From the NCBI GenBank assembly GCA_951406725.2, contig OX597828.1, positions 60,884,001-60,948,000 of the forward strand: a stretch of 64,000 bases of DNA. Direction: 5' to 3'. Source of the stretch: Octopus vulgaris. Taxonomy: Eukaryota. A model generated the notes under the pieces. It saw only the letters and a list, made by a program, of their open reading frames with translations, was not told the origin of the DNA and made no database searches. Below, one piece after another: positions 39,169 through 51,029 of this stretch; positions within the stretch are counted from its first letter, which is position 1; each line of letters opens with the position of its first letter. The translations under genes and the position numbers were made by a program.

Positions 39169-39456
39169 CACACACATATATATATATACATATAAATATG
39201 CATGCATAAATATGTATATATACATAAATATATATATAAGACTGAAGCATACACACCACACATATACATGCGTACATATATACATATACAAATGCAAATA
39301 TTTATATGTGTATGTGTGTTTGTGCTAAAATAATGATGAGATTTTAAAGCAGACTAAAGAATAACACCGGAACATGCCAAGTCTCATTTCGGGTCTTTAC
39401 ATGATAAATACATATATACATACATGCGTAAACACACGCAAACACGTACACACACA

Positions 39457-39517
<61 letters not shown>

Positions 39518-40869
39518 GTACACACATGTTCATACATCTATATGTGTATTCCCATACACCTATACGTACATATAAATATTCATGGTGCCTTTGATGGAAC
39601 GTTATTGAAAGGATGAGCTATGTACGAGTTCAGTTCAACCTGATGAGAAAATACCTATCTTCGAACTGGGAAAATACCTTAGTATCTCCGAAATAGGAAA
39701 AATATTTGAGTCTACGACAAATCTGGAAGCAGTGAAGATTAAGTGAATATTTTTTCTCCTTGTGTAAAAATGTAATATGAATGTATTTTCTTCAAAATCA
39801 TTTAGACTACTTCCTTGCCAATTTATTCGCGGAGCACAAACGAAGTGTTTCAACCAATTGTATCAATTACGAAAAAATAGATACAAATATGACGGCAGAC
39901 TATTGTTGATGAGACTATTGTCGGTAAGAGAATGAAAGAGAAGTGACTACGTTCGGCCCAAAAATGTGAGCCGCTTCCTTAAACAGCATTTGTTTTTATG
40001 CTTATTCTAGATCTTCAAATATTGAATTAAAATAGACAGAATTTCTTGACTGGGCAATTCAATACAGTACTGTTCACTGTTATATTTGTAATTTCAGTGA
40101 TATTAATGTAATTTACTGTTCTCTTTTGTAGCTGGATCCTGCAAAAACGGCAATATTTGTAAGAAAAGATATGCCAATGTTAGAAAATGTTCAAAATATA
40201 TATCTTCTTTTTATAGATCATAAACCTAATGTAGTATCTAAAATATAGTGAAACATGTAAATAGCTAAAATTAGCTATTATGCTATTATACCATATCGTT
40301 GCAAACTCCATTCGACTAATATACATAATTCATATACACTACAGTACTAAAAGTTAAAAATACTTTTCTAAAAAAAAAAAAAAAAAATGAAAGTGACAAA
40401 TTCTAAGAGCAAATTTAAATGCAGCACTCAAACAAAAGCCAGAGATATTTTACGTAAAATTCAAAAAAAGATAATGCATCTCAATATCAAATTTGAAGCA
40501 TTAAACTAATCATATATCTAATTTAACACGCCGTCAATATTTCTAATAAACCTCACGTATAAAAATTCTAATAATCAATATTATAAAATTTCTGGTCGAC
40601 TTCCCATGAAATGTCCTTTCTGACTATGATTCTTTATGTAAAACGATTTATAGTGTGTAATTGATTATAATAAAATTTTACTAAAAATGACCCGCTTGTT
40701 TTGGCTTGTGAGTTGCAATAACAGAGTTGGTAAACAATATAATCATTGCTAGTGTTTGTTTACGTGTCATGAGCTCGTTTCCACCTAAACATATTTTGTA
40801 ATGCTCTTTAGACCTATTATAGTGTTACAGCCAAACATTGCTAAAGATGATATAGTTTATTTTTAGCTT

Positions 40870-41135
40870 CTCGGTATCTTTGTTCTTCTTTCCCTTTGTT
40901 GCTCAACTCTCTCTAGAATCCCGCAAGGCCACTTCCATTCCTTCGTAGAGCGGGCACTCTGCCCGTCAATGCTGCAAGCAGTCACCATGTGTCTTCACAG
41001 ATCAGAGAGTTTCGCTTCTTAGGTGGTGTACCACATTGTCTGATATTTGGACAGTTTTGCTGGAACGCCAGTGCTACATAATTATTGAGTGGCCAAGAAA
41101 TGGCTGAACCATTTCTATTTTCGCCTTCGCATTCA
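40870..41135 (-). mobile_element. Possible RTE LINE 3' remnant
   Basis: MRRRK*KWFSH... resembles the RTE 'RW.GH' tail; heavily decayed. Confidence 0.3.
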
Positions 41136-41299
41136 TATATGTAACTGAAGATATTTTCTTTGGAAGCTATTTGAACACATGTCTATACCGCAGGTATAGA
41201 CTATACAAACTGATTTCAAAACTTCTAGTTTTCGTGTATGTGTGCGCGCGCGTGTGTAGTGTCCCAGATCATCGAATGATTATAAAGTCAGTGTTTATT

Positions 41300-42260
41300 T
41301 AAATCCATTACATTTCCAAAATTTAATAGAATTTACAGACTGAACTTAATTTTTTACAAGCGTGTTTTCAAACTTGGTAGCCGTTCTGGTTCAGGTACTG
41401 TCGATAAAGTAATGAATTCGTAAACATCGGAAAACATTTTGTTCGGTTTTGTACAGTAAACTTTATCTTTCAATTATCCCCCTCAAAAAGTCTTGTAGTG
41501 TGATGTCTGCTGAACGCTCTGATTATTCTACTAAACCTTTTAATCCAAACCACCCATTTGGCAAAATTTTATCACGGTAAGCTACAGTTGTGTGAAGGGG
41601 CTCCATCTTTCTGAAAGTAAAATCCACATCTTCAAAGCGCTCTTGAATGCGTAGCATGTTCAAGTACAAAAGACCAGCCGCAGTACCGTAAAAAAAAAAA
41701 AGAAAAGAATGGTCCAGTTAATCCTTTTGTTGATAAACCGCACCATACTGTATCTCCTGATAAATTAACATGACGTTCTTCCGTAATACGAAAATTCTCA
41801 GGTCACCAGAAGGTGCAATTGTGGCGGTTAGTTGAGCCATTTAATTTAAATGAAGCTTCGTCACCCCAACCAAGTTTTGCTGGAAAGTGTGCATTTTCTA
41901 CACATCTTGCCAAGTACCATTCGCAGATCTTCACTCTTTGGTTCGAGTCGTCTTCATTGAGTGCATGGACTATTTTTGGAATGTAACGTTTCTAATGACA
42001 ACGCTTCAAATTGCGATGAACGCTTGATTTTGAAATCCCTCTCTCGCAACTCGGTTGCTGTAAATTTTTTTGGAACTCTGGCAATACGTTTCTAGTACCC
42101 TTTCTTGCGTTGTGGGGCTCGTCGATGACCGCGGTCTTCTGGACTGTTTCTTGTGGGCGTCCTGAACAGTTCCATCTGCTTGGAACTGTTCGAAAATCCC
42201 TCCTAAGATGTCTTTTCACTTCGACAGTGTTATCAAACTTTCAGTTGTATTTTTTGATAA
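41300..42260 (-). mobile_element. Tc1/mariner (rosa/DD41D-like) remnant
   Basis: [31 protein letters not shown]...[36 protein letters not shown]. Confidence 0.8.
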
Positions 42261-42299
42261 ATTTCATTGTTCAAAGATTAGTTTGTTTGCCTTTATTTT

Positions 42300-42413
42300 C
42301 TATGCCAATATGCTGAAAAATAGACCTTAGATTGTCTAAACACGTAACCACGTACAATATTGGTTAGACGTGTTTAGACGATCTAACGTCTATTTTTCAG
42401 CATATTGGCATAG
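42300..42413. repeat. About 114-bp hairpin (tiny MITE-like palindrome)
   Basis: ctatgccaatatgctgaaaaatagac.ttagat.gtctaaacacgt..aacca, a 10-nt loop, then its reverse complement. Confidence 0.85.
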
Positions 42414-42724
42414 GCACTTTTTTTCTTTTGCCTTTATATAAGAAAGAAATGGGATTAGAAAATCCTGGCAGATATCAAATAAGCACTCTGTATAAAGGAA
42501 TAAGGTTAAATTTTAAACAATTAGATACCAGTAAATGAAAGTAGAATACAAATCCCAAATAAATCCTCATGCATGACAGGTAAATCCAACGATCCTTTTG
42601 TAGAATTTTAAGAAATTCAGAGTATTTAACAATAATGATATGTACGAAGAAAATAATATCTTTATTTTAGATCACACCTTAAAAATCCAACAATTGTTTC
42701 AATTGAATTAACACACACACGCAC

Positions 42725-42788
<64 letters not shown>

Positions 42789-42792
42789 GCAC

Positions 42793-42850
<58 letters not shown>

Positions 42851-43737
42851 CTGTATATCTATTTTACACACACTCACACACTGGAGGAGATGTCTTCCTG
42901 GGGCTATAAACTACAGTAGCATCGTCCCATATGGGTCAGCCATATTTAGGTGGCAAATATACGTCACGATGTCCTGCTGCTACTGTTTACATCTCGCTCA
43001 GAGATTTATTATTGCTTATTAATTTTAATAGTATTGCTCATATGTATATAAATACATACATACATGAACCCCCCCCCCCCCATATTTATATATATAACTA
43101 ATTTACATTATAAAAATAAAAGATGAAAAAATATCAAACTAATTCTATATTTTTTTACTATTTAAAATCTACATAGAAAAATAATCTAAAAAAGTGAAAA
43201 AAAATTAACCTAAAAATGAGTATTTTTATATACGATTATTGATGACAGCTGGATAACTAAAGATTAAAAACTACAGACAAGAATTCTTCGTAATGCTTAA
43301 TAGAAAATTAATTATCGATTTATTTAATATATTAATCCATTTAATAGGAATTAACCTTATAATATGATACTTGAAAAATTACTATAATTAATAATATATA
43401 CAATTATTGGTGACTTCACAGGATAACGAAAGAATAAAAATTCTACGTTATGTTTAACAGAAGCTCAGATACTTTACATCACGATAATTAAAGTGTTTAA
43501 TATAATGAGTATTTAATTAATATATTAATATAATGAGTAATACATATAATTAATTAAAGTTTTTAGTATAAAAGCGGACAGCTTTATTCTTATTTTTATA
43601 AGAATGCCATTAATATACTGAATAATTAATTATCGCGATGTAAAGTATCTGAGCTTCTGTTAAGATTAACGTAGAATTCTTATCTATAATTTTTATTCTT
43701 TGGTTATCCAGCGAAGTCATCAATAATTGTATATTTT

Positions 43738-43977
43738 TTTATTCTTTCACTTGTTCCAGTCATTCGACTGCGGCCATGCTGGATTACCGCCTTTCTAGTC
43801 GAACAAAACAACCGCAAGATTTATTCTTTGTAAGCCTAGTACATATTCTATCGGTATATTTTGCCAAACCGCTAAGTTACGGGGACGTAAATCCACCAAC
43901 ATTGGTTGTCAAGCGATGGTGGGGAGGGGAACAAACACAGATACACAATACATACATACATAATACATACATATATG

Positions 43978-44036
<59 letters not shown>

Positions 44037-44190
44037 GCGATGGGCTTCTTTCAGTTTCCGTCTACCAAATCCACTCATGAGGCTTTGGTCGGCTCTACGC
44101 TACAATAGAAGACACTCGCTCAAGGTTCCACGCAGTGGAACTGAACCTGGAACCATGTGCTTGCGAAGCAAGCTTCTTACCAGACAGCCA
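43738..44190 (-). mobile_element. SINE family A copy
   Basis: Family A match. Confidence 0.82.
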
Positions 44191-44412
44191 ATTAGTATGG
44201 TATTTTTTATTTTTCATTTTATAACGTAAATTAATTATTCAGTGACGTCGCTATTGGTTGAATGAATGATTTAGTTGAATTTGATTTAGGCGTTCCTTCT
44301 TTTGTTGGCGTTTATTAACAGCTCAAATTTTTTCAGATGTTCAGTTGGAATTTCACCAATTTGGATTACCTTGATAATATTGTGTTGACCCATTTTTCGA
44401 AGATATTAATTC

Positions 44413-44957
44413 TAATATGGGTGACCCATATGGGACGATGCTACTGTGGTTTATAGCCATAGGAAGACATCTCCCCAAGCTGGCTAACGGCACACTGTCT
44501 GTGTCCGGTCAGTATATAAGAAGGGAAATCAACGTTCCTATCTCTAGTCTTACGTGATACACACGGACCCGGGTTTCTGAGTAGTAACACGTCATCGGAA
44601 AAAGCATATAGTATTTTGCGTTTGGAATCAGTTCTCCTCCCTAACTGATGATTGTCACACGCTGATGACGGGTTACTACTCAGAAACCCGGGTCCATGTG
44701 AATCATGTAAGGCTAGAGATGGGAACGATGATTTCCCTTCGCATATACTGATCGGACGCATACAGTGTGTCGTTAGCCAGCTGGAGGCGATGTCTTCCTG
44801 GGGCTATAAACTACAGTAGCATGGTCCCATATGGGTCAGCCATATTTAGGTGGCAAATATACGTCACGATGTCGTGCTGCTACTGTTTACATCTCGCTCA
44901 GAGATTTATTATTGCTTATTAATTTTAATAATATTGATCATATGTATATAAATACAT

Positions 44958-44970
<13 letters not shown>
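44413..44970 (+). mobile_element. HHR-bearing element with about 185-bp inverted arms (44413-44598 / 44662-44848)
   Basis: The arms align as reverse complements. The 3' part (44781-44965) is duplicated at 42881-43065. Confidence 0.8.
44656..44700 (+). ncRNA. Type I hammerhead motif, with a truncated inverted copy at 44560-44598 (-)
   Basis: CACACG-CUGAUGA-C-GGGU uacu ACUC-A-GAAA-CCCGGG-UC^-CAUGUG. The inverted copy has CGUGUG, which pairs perfectly with CACACG. C10.1.A11.1 mismatch in both copies. Confidence 0.62.
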
Positions 44971-45011
<41 letters not shown>

Positions 45012-45048
45012 GTATATATATATGTATGTATGTATGTATATATATGTA

Positions 45049-45111
<63 letters not shown>

Positions 45112-45114
<3 letters not shown>

Positions 45115-45427
45115 ATCGCCATACTAATATGGCATTCTTATAAAAATAAGAATAAAGCTGTCCGCTTATTAGCTCCATGAGGCCATCGCCTTAAGTTAGC
45201 TATTTGATACACAAACTGTATCCATATAACCTTCGAACAAGGGAGGTCAGTCGCTCCACACTACTTGACCGGCAGCTACAGACGCGTTTCGGGGTATTGC
45301 CCCTTTTCAATGCAGCGTAGCCAGACCAGTATCAAATAGCTAACTTAAGGCGATGGCCTCATGGAGCTAATAAGCGGACAGCTTTATTCTTATTTTTATA
45401 AGAATGCCATATTAGTATGGCGATAAC
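45112..45427. repeat. Perfect 99-bp inverted repeat (45112-45210 / 45329-45427) with an HHR in the 118-bp spacer
   Basis: Checked base by base; no mismatch found between the arms. Confidence 0.95.
45275..45316 (-). ncRNA. Minimal type I hammerhead ribozyme with U3-A8 core variant
   Basis: Minus strand reads GCUGCA-UUGAAAA-GGGG caaua CCCC-GAAA-CGCG-UC^-UGUAGC. Stem I 6 bp, stem II 4 G-C bp, palindromic stem III, predicted cleavage between 45281 and 45280. Confidence 0.8.
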
Positions 45428-45490
45428 TATTATTTTCCGGGAACGCTGCCGTTGTTCTCTTTTAGAGAGACTTAGTAATTTTAATATTTC

Positions 45491-45531
<41 letters not shown>

Positions 45532-45930
45532 TATATATATAAAGAGATGTATGTATATATATGTGTGTACGTGTGCATGTATATATTAATGCAATCGAAA
45601 CAATTGTTGGATGTTAATGTGTGATCTAAAATAAAGATATGATTTTCTTTTACGTATTATTTGTTGTTTTATATATACTGAACTACAAAAAAAAAAACTC
45701 GCACTGTAAAAGATTATTTGTTTCACACATGATATTGAAGTTATACGGATTTTGTCCCATTTCTAGGTAACTTGACAGCAGGAAGATGTCACTGACCCAC
45801 AATACCACTCTCTTTTTGAAAACACAAAGATTGCATGTAGGGTTCGAACTCGCTCACTTTTCGTGAACATGGTATTGCTCGCGAACGCATCTTTATGAAA
45901 AGCATGATGTGCGTGCAAAACGTTGACACA

Positions 45931-46768
45931 TCTCTCTATATATAAACGGCAGTTTGTCTGTCTGTGTGTCTGTGTGTCTGTCAGGTTGTACCCTCATCCT
46001 GACCACGGCTTTCAACCGATTCTGATGAAACTTGACACACACATAGCCCAATGTCATAATTCAAAACTAACGCAGCGACAATTTTGAAAAGTTCCCCCAG
46101 TTCTGAAAAAAAGTGATAAATTCGACATGAGGTCGAGAATCTAAGCTTCTTATATGCAACACATTTTCTGTTGTAGTTTTCGCAACTTGCAATCGATTTT
46201 TACCAAACTCATGGTGAAGCTTAATGTTACCCTAAGAAAACTTAATTCTGACGTTAGTTTTCCATGCAATACCTTACCATCAGAAAAAATCGATAAAATC
46301 ATGCCATTTTGGGAAATCGCGTTCAAATTCAAGATGACATATTTTCGACAATATCTTTCACAAATTGGCAGGAATTTTTTAAAATTCACAGCGAGCATCA
46401 TGTCTGCTCCAAGGAGCTATATGGCCCTTTTTATTCCAATAGGATACTTTATTACTGGAAAAAATCGGTTAATTAAATCATATGTGGCACACATAGCAAA
46501 TCGTTTTGTGTATTAAACACAAACCGCAGACTGTCTAGGGGACGCAACTCGACCTTTTTAACTCTCTTGGGAGGCGCAATGATGTTTTCATGTTTTCGCC
46601 CAAAGGGACAGCTAGGAACATCGTATACACAGAAGTATTCGAGTGAAGAGAAGACATTGCAACCTACACATGCGCCTTCGTTCCCTAGGGGGAAAGGACT
46701 AGATTGGGATTAGTCGTTGCCTACTAGGGGCTCTTACATACCCGGGCAACGCCGGCTTATGCTGCTAG
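45931..46768 (+). mobile_element. Non-autonomous Helitron-like element
   Basis: 5' end A|TCtctctatatataaa..ttgtctgtctgt; 3' hairpin ccgggcaacgccgg then CTAG|T. Confidence 0.75.
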
Positions 46769-46799
46769 TTGGGTATAAAAGGCATACAAATTTGACAAC

Positions 46800-47720
46800 C
46801 TGTCATTCCTTCTCCTCTTTTTTGTACTGATTATTACGGTTAGTAGCATTTTTGCCTTTTATCAAGTGTTGAAAATTGTTGAAATTGTTAAAATTTTTGA
46901 AAATTGTCGAACTATTGTTGTGTGTGTTCAAACACCTTGTTTGCTTGTGGCGGACTTGTTACTGTTGTCTCCCTTGACTGAAGGGGAAACGTTGTTATGC
47001 TAATGTCACACATAGATACATCAGAGGAAGAATTATTAATGTGGTTAATCAGCATGGAGGAGGTGTTAGAGAAGGAGGAAAAAGGTAAAACAAGGAAAAA
47101 GTAAAAGGTTTTGAAGCTGTGGCCGGCGTAACGAAGGAAAAGTTGAAATAATACAATGGTTTTATGAAGAAGGAATGTTATGAGGAGATACTTACCCTTC
47201 CCAGCGAAGTATTACAGTGTACTGATAGAAGAATTGTAGTTTTTAAGACTTACAGTAAGAAAGAAAAGAAAGTCGACATAGCAGAAAAAATTGAAATCGA
47301 AAAGTGCTTGGCACCTATCTGGTCGGATATATCTTACTTAGCCAGGGGTGCCAAATATGCAACAGTGGAGGTAATATTTTTGCACTGAAGAAAAGGTCAG
47401 GCAACACTCCGTGGCCTCCTTGTCTTTGGACAAAATTATCCTCCTTCTTTCTTACCTTGGAAGGCGTGCTTCCAGGGTGAGAGTGGAGAGAATATCATCG
47501 GAGGTGGAGGTTGTCTGGCTGATTGCAGCGGTAATACAGAGCCTGGAGGAGAAGGTGACAATCCTCCAGGTCGAGAGAGTACCCACACTGAACTGGCTAG
47601 GGAAAAGCCTTGAAATGGCTATCTAGGCCGCCCCAGAAGCGTTAGATGCCATAACAGATAACATTGTGGTGGGCGAGAGAAGACTAAGGATGATGGTAGA
47701 GGGTAGGAAGCCAAGGTGCT
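46800..47720 (+). mobile_element. L1/Tx1-like LINE 5' region (ORF1 pseudogene), cut at the zinc knuckle
   Basis: DRRIVVFKTYSK..IEIEKCLA..YATVEV..LLLSYLGRR..RV..W..MVEGRKPRC is homologous to the minus-strand ORF1 at 47780-48664. Confidence 0.65.
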
Positions 47721-47779
47721 TAAGTGTGGCCACATGCCGGCAGTGTAACATCAGGACATGCCGGCAGTGTAACATCAAC

Positions 47780-48970
47780 CGCCGGCATTGCCCCGTTCTT
47801 TGTAATTTTCTTTTTTCTCTTTCTCCTCTTAGCTACAGGAGGGCGTGGTGCCTCCGCTTTATCCGGAAGATTTTTTCCCCCTCCCGCACCTTTAGGGTCC
47901 TTTGGTGGGCAACAATGGTTGCCCACCTTCTTTCTTTTCTTTCCTTTTTTCGAGGAGGTCTCCACCTCCTCGACTGCCTCCATCTCTCCCTCCAATGGAG
48001 GAGCGGGGGACGCTACTTATATTAACTGCTCCAGTGCCTTACCTTGGTCCTGTGGACAGTTCTTTTTAATGTGGCCTGGTTCCAGGCATAGGTGACACTT
48101 GGTGGGGGGACGTCCCTCAAAAATCACCGGATACCTAGAACCGGCCATTCTAAAATAATCTGGGAAAACCAGATTATTGGCTGATTGGCTCCACAGGGTC
48201 AAAACCGCTTTTGACCCCATCCAATCAGCTGCAGGCAAAATTTTAACATTTAGGGGATTGGCTGCGCTGCCACCCAGACCCCGGAGGGTAGTGTCTTCTA
48301 TCCACTCGGGTTCTATCCTGGGTGACAGTCCACAGACCCAAGCTCTTGTTAATTTCTTCCCACAATATGTGGGAAGAAACAGAATCTTTTGCCCTTCTAA
48401 GAGCTGGCTCGCAAATTTGCGAGCCACTTCAGGGGTGTCAAATAGCAACCACACCGTTGCTTACTCGACAACACTGGCAATAAACTTAATAGTTGGCAGA
48501 TGTTCTGCCAACTCTTTTTCAATTTCAATTTGAAGGAACACCGTGATGGTGTCGTGTGACTTAGAATAAGTCCTCAACACCACGGTTCTCTCGTTCAAGT
48601 CTTTTAGCCACTGCTTGGGAGGTACAATCTCCCACTCCAACGCAGTGCTTGCCTTCTTTGCCATGCTTGCAGAAAAGAAAGTCCAAAATATAGTTCAAAC
48701 AAAAAGTCTAAATAAAGTAAAAAAATAAACAAAAAGGAGCAGAAAGACAGAGCAGAGGAAAAGAAAGAAGGAAGACAGTTCAAATCACGGCATACACAAT
48801 TCCGGCCACCCGGTAATCCTGGCCAATAGGTATTCCAAAAAAAGGTTCTTCAAACAGGTACTCCAGGGTCACAGCAGCAGGAACACAAAAAAATCCTCCA
48901 CAAATTGGTAGAATTTTCCAAAATTTCACAATTTTTCGAAGGCAAGACAGGCCCCCAAACAACAATTCTC
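47780..48970 (-). mobile_element. L1/Tx1-like LINE 5' region: 5' UTR plus ORF1 with a CCHC knuckle and two premature stops
   Basis: ORFs starting 48664, 48454 and 47995 share one frame: ERTVVLRTYSK..IEIEKELA..ATVWL..FLPTYCGKK..VIFEGRPPTKCHLCLEPGHIKKNC. Confidence 0.75.
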
Positions 48971-49199
48971 ACAGATAAGTGAGTCACTTAGCGCGACTGT
49001 AGGTAGATAAATGTCCAGGACCCAGTGGGGATTTCTTATTTGAAAAAAGAAAAACAATAGCAACAAAACCCCACTAAATCCTCCCCTCAAAACACATGCG
49101 CCTTCAATATTTCTTCAATTCAGGACGGCTTCAAAAGCACGTCCTGACAATATTCAAATTTGGAAGCAACCAAATTTACTAAAGCTACTTATAAAAAAA

Positions 49200-49600
49200 A
49201 CTACCAGCTACAGACTCAACAGTTAAAAAGTGTGACTGTTCTAACTGAAGAACTTGTACCAACCCTATTGAGCATACATCATATAAATTTAAATCGGAAC
49301 AAGATTTTACTATAAAAAAACCACTTTATTTATTCTTTAAAATATTTGGTATATGCTATCAAATGCAATGAACGCTGCGAAGATTACATTGGACAAACGA
49401 AAATCACCTTAAGAATGGGATTAACGATTCATTGACAATGAATATGAGGTCCCACTCAGTGAACATTTGGGCATATGTGCAAAACGAAAACCCCGAAATT
49501 CCTAGTCTTCTCACATTATCAATGCGCAGACAACACGCCAAACCAAATACAAATAAATGAAAAAAATTTCTGTTATTAAAAAATACGAATCAATAATATA
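49200..49600 (+). mobile_element. Penelope-like GIY-YIG fragment
   Basis: KYLVYAIKCNERCEDYIGQTK.TLR..LTIH, PLSEHL.IC. Confidence 0.7.
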
Positions 49601-51029
49601 CGATTCACCATTTACTTTGCATGCTATCTATGGTTGAATAAGATCCCACCCAGCTGATGTAAGTGATTCATATTTCACTTTTATATTCGTTAATTACACT
49701 TTAATTTTTGGCATAGCAAATTTTAGATATCTTCATTTAATTTTCACTAAGTCCTTTTAATCTCCCTTTGTGTGTGTGTGTATGTTGTGTGTGTGCGTGT
49801 TTGTGTTTGTGTGTGTGTGTGTGTTTGTGTGTGCATGTGTGTATGGTATTTGTTTCGCTGTTTATTCTAATACATGCACACATGCAGATATATGCATTTC
49901 CACGCCCATACACCCATATTCGTTTCTTTCTGTCTTCCTTTCTTTCTTTAACACCCTCTCCTCTATTCATTTATATTTGCTCAGCAAATACAACACATTT
50001 AAATAGATGTTATGAACATTTAGGAAACAAATAATTATTTCTTATTCACATAAGATTTTCCAGCAACCTTCAACTGTACTTATTCGAACACAGTTATTCA
50101 TTTCAAACAGTTTAAAAGTAACATTTCTTTTTCAACCATTTTAGTAAGAAAGACTGAATCATTCACTAAAGCAGTAAAAAAAAAAAACCAAATAAAATCA
50201 TCACGCTTTGGCTAAATAAGATAATAGCTGTTCACAGCCTAAAGACTAAAACAGCCCTAAATTCGGTTTTCACAGATACTATTCTGACTGTCATATGACA
50301 TATATGTACTGGACTAAATCTTTGATGTGACCTTGCGCGGCCGTCACACGATGCAGCAGAAAAACTGATTGAAAATGTCCATACCGAAGAACATGACGAT
50401 CCTGAACCAATCACCATGTATATTAACTGATAGCGATCAGAGCTACATTCTCTCTATAAAAACAAACGTCCAGCCAGAAAAGATACAATTTGTGAAACAA
50501 CTCCACATACGACACGCACTAGGTAAAAATCAACAGCTGTGAAACCGATTCTCCATACTATCCGTTTCTTCCTACTTTCCTCTTCTCTGGACTTTTTCCC
50601 GCATCCGACAAAGCGACGTCCTACTTTTACTGTTACTTTTCCAAGTGCCAAACTTACATATTCACTAAGTACATCCGTTTGTCTTTTGTTATTTTTGTCT
50701 TTGTTCTTAACCGTTTGGTATTTAAGTCGGCCATATCCGGCCCAAATATCCTACATGTTTTTACATTCAAACTGGCCATATTTAGCCTCTCTCACCGCTT
50801 ATCCCTAATTTGCACACACGCGCATATATATTTCTTTCCTGTACTGCACATACCAGATAGTATGGCATCATCTCTTAGACTGGCAGGGTTAATAAGACTA
50901 AAGAATCCAATCAGCCCTGCGATTGTATATAAACACATGCGTGTATACACAATATTGGAATGGCTGTTGACTCACACGAGTTCCCCCGTCCTTCGTTCAA
51001 ATAAAAAGAATCCAAATCTCTAAGTGAAA

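Noticed and set aside
39636-39715. HHR-like CUGAUGA-GAAAAUAC...GUAUCUCC-GAAA
   Set aside because: Two mismatches in stem II and no convincing stem III, cleavage triplet or stem I; kept only as a possible remnant.
39881-39928. Possible micro-exon (ag...gtaag)
   Set aside because: No polypyrimidine tract and no recognisable peptide.
49650-49685. CUGAUGU plus a hairpin just after a GIY-YIG fragment
   Set aside because: No GAAA or cleavage site follows.
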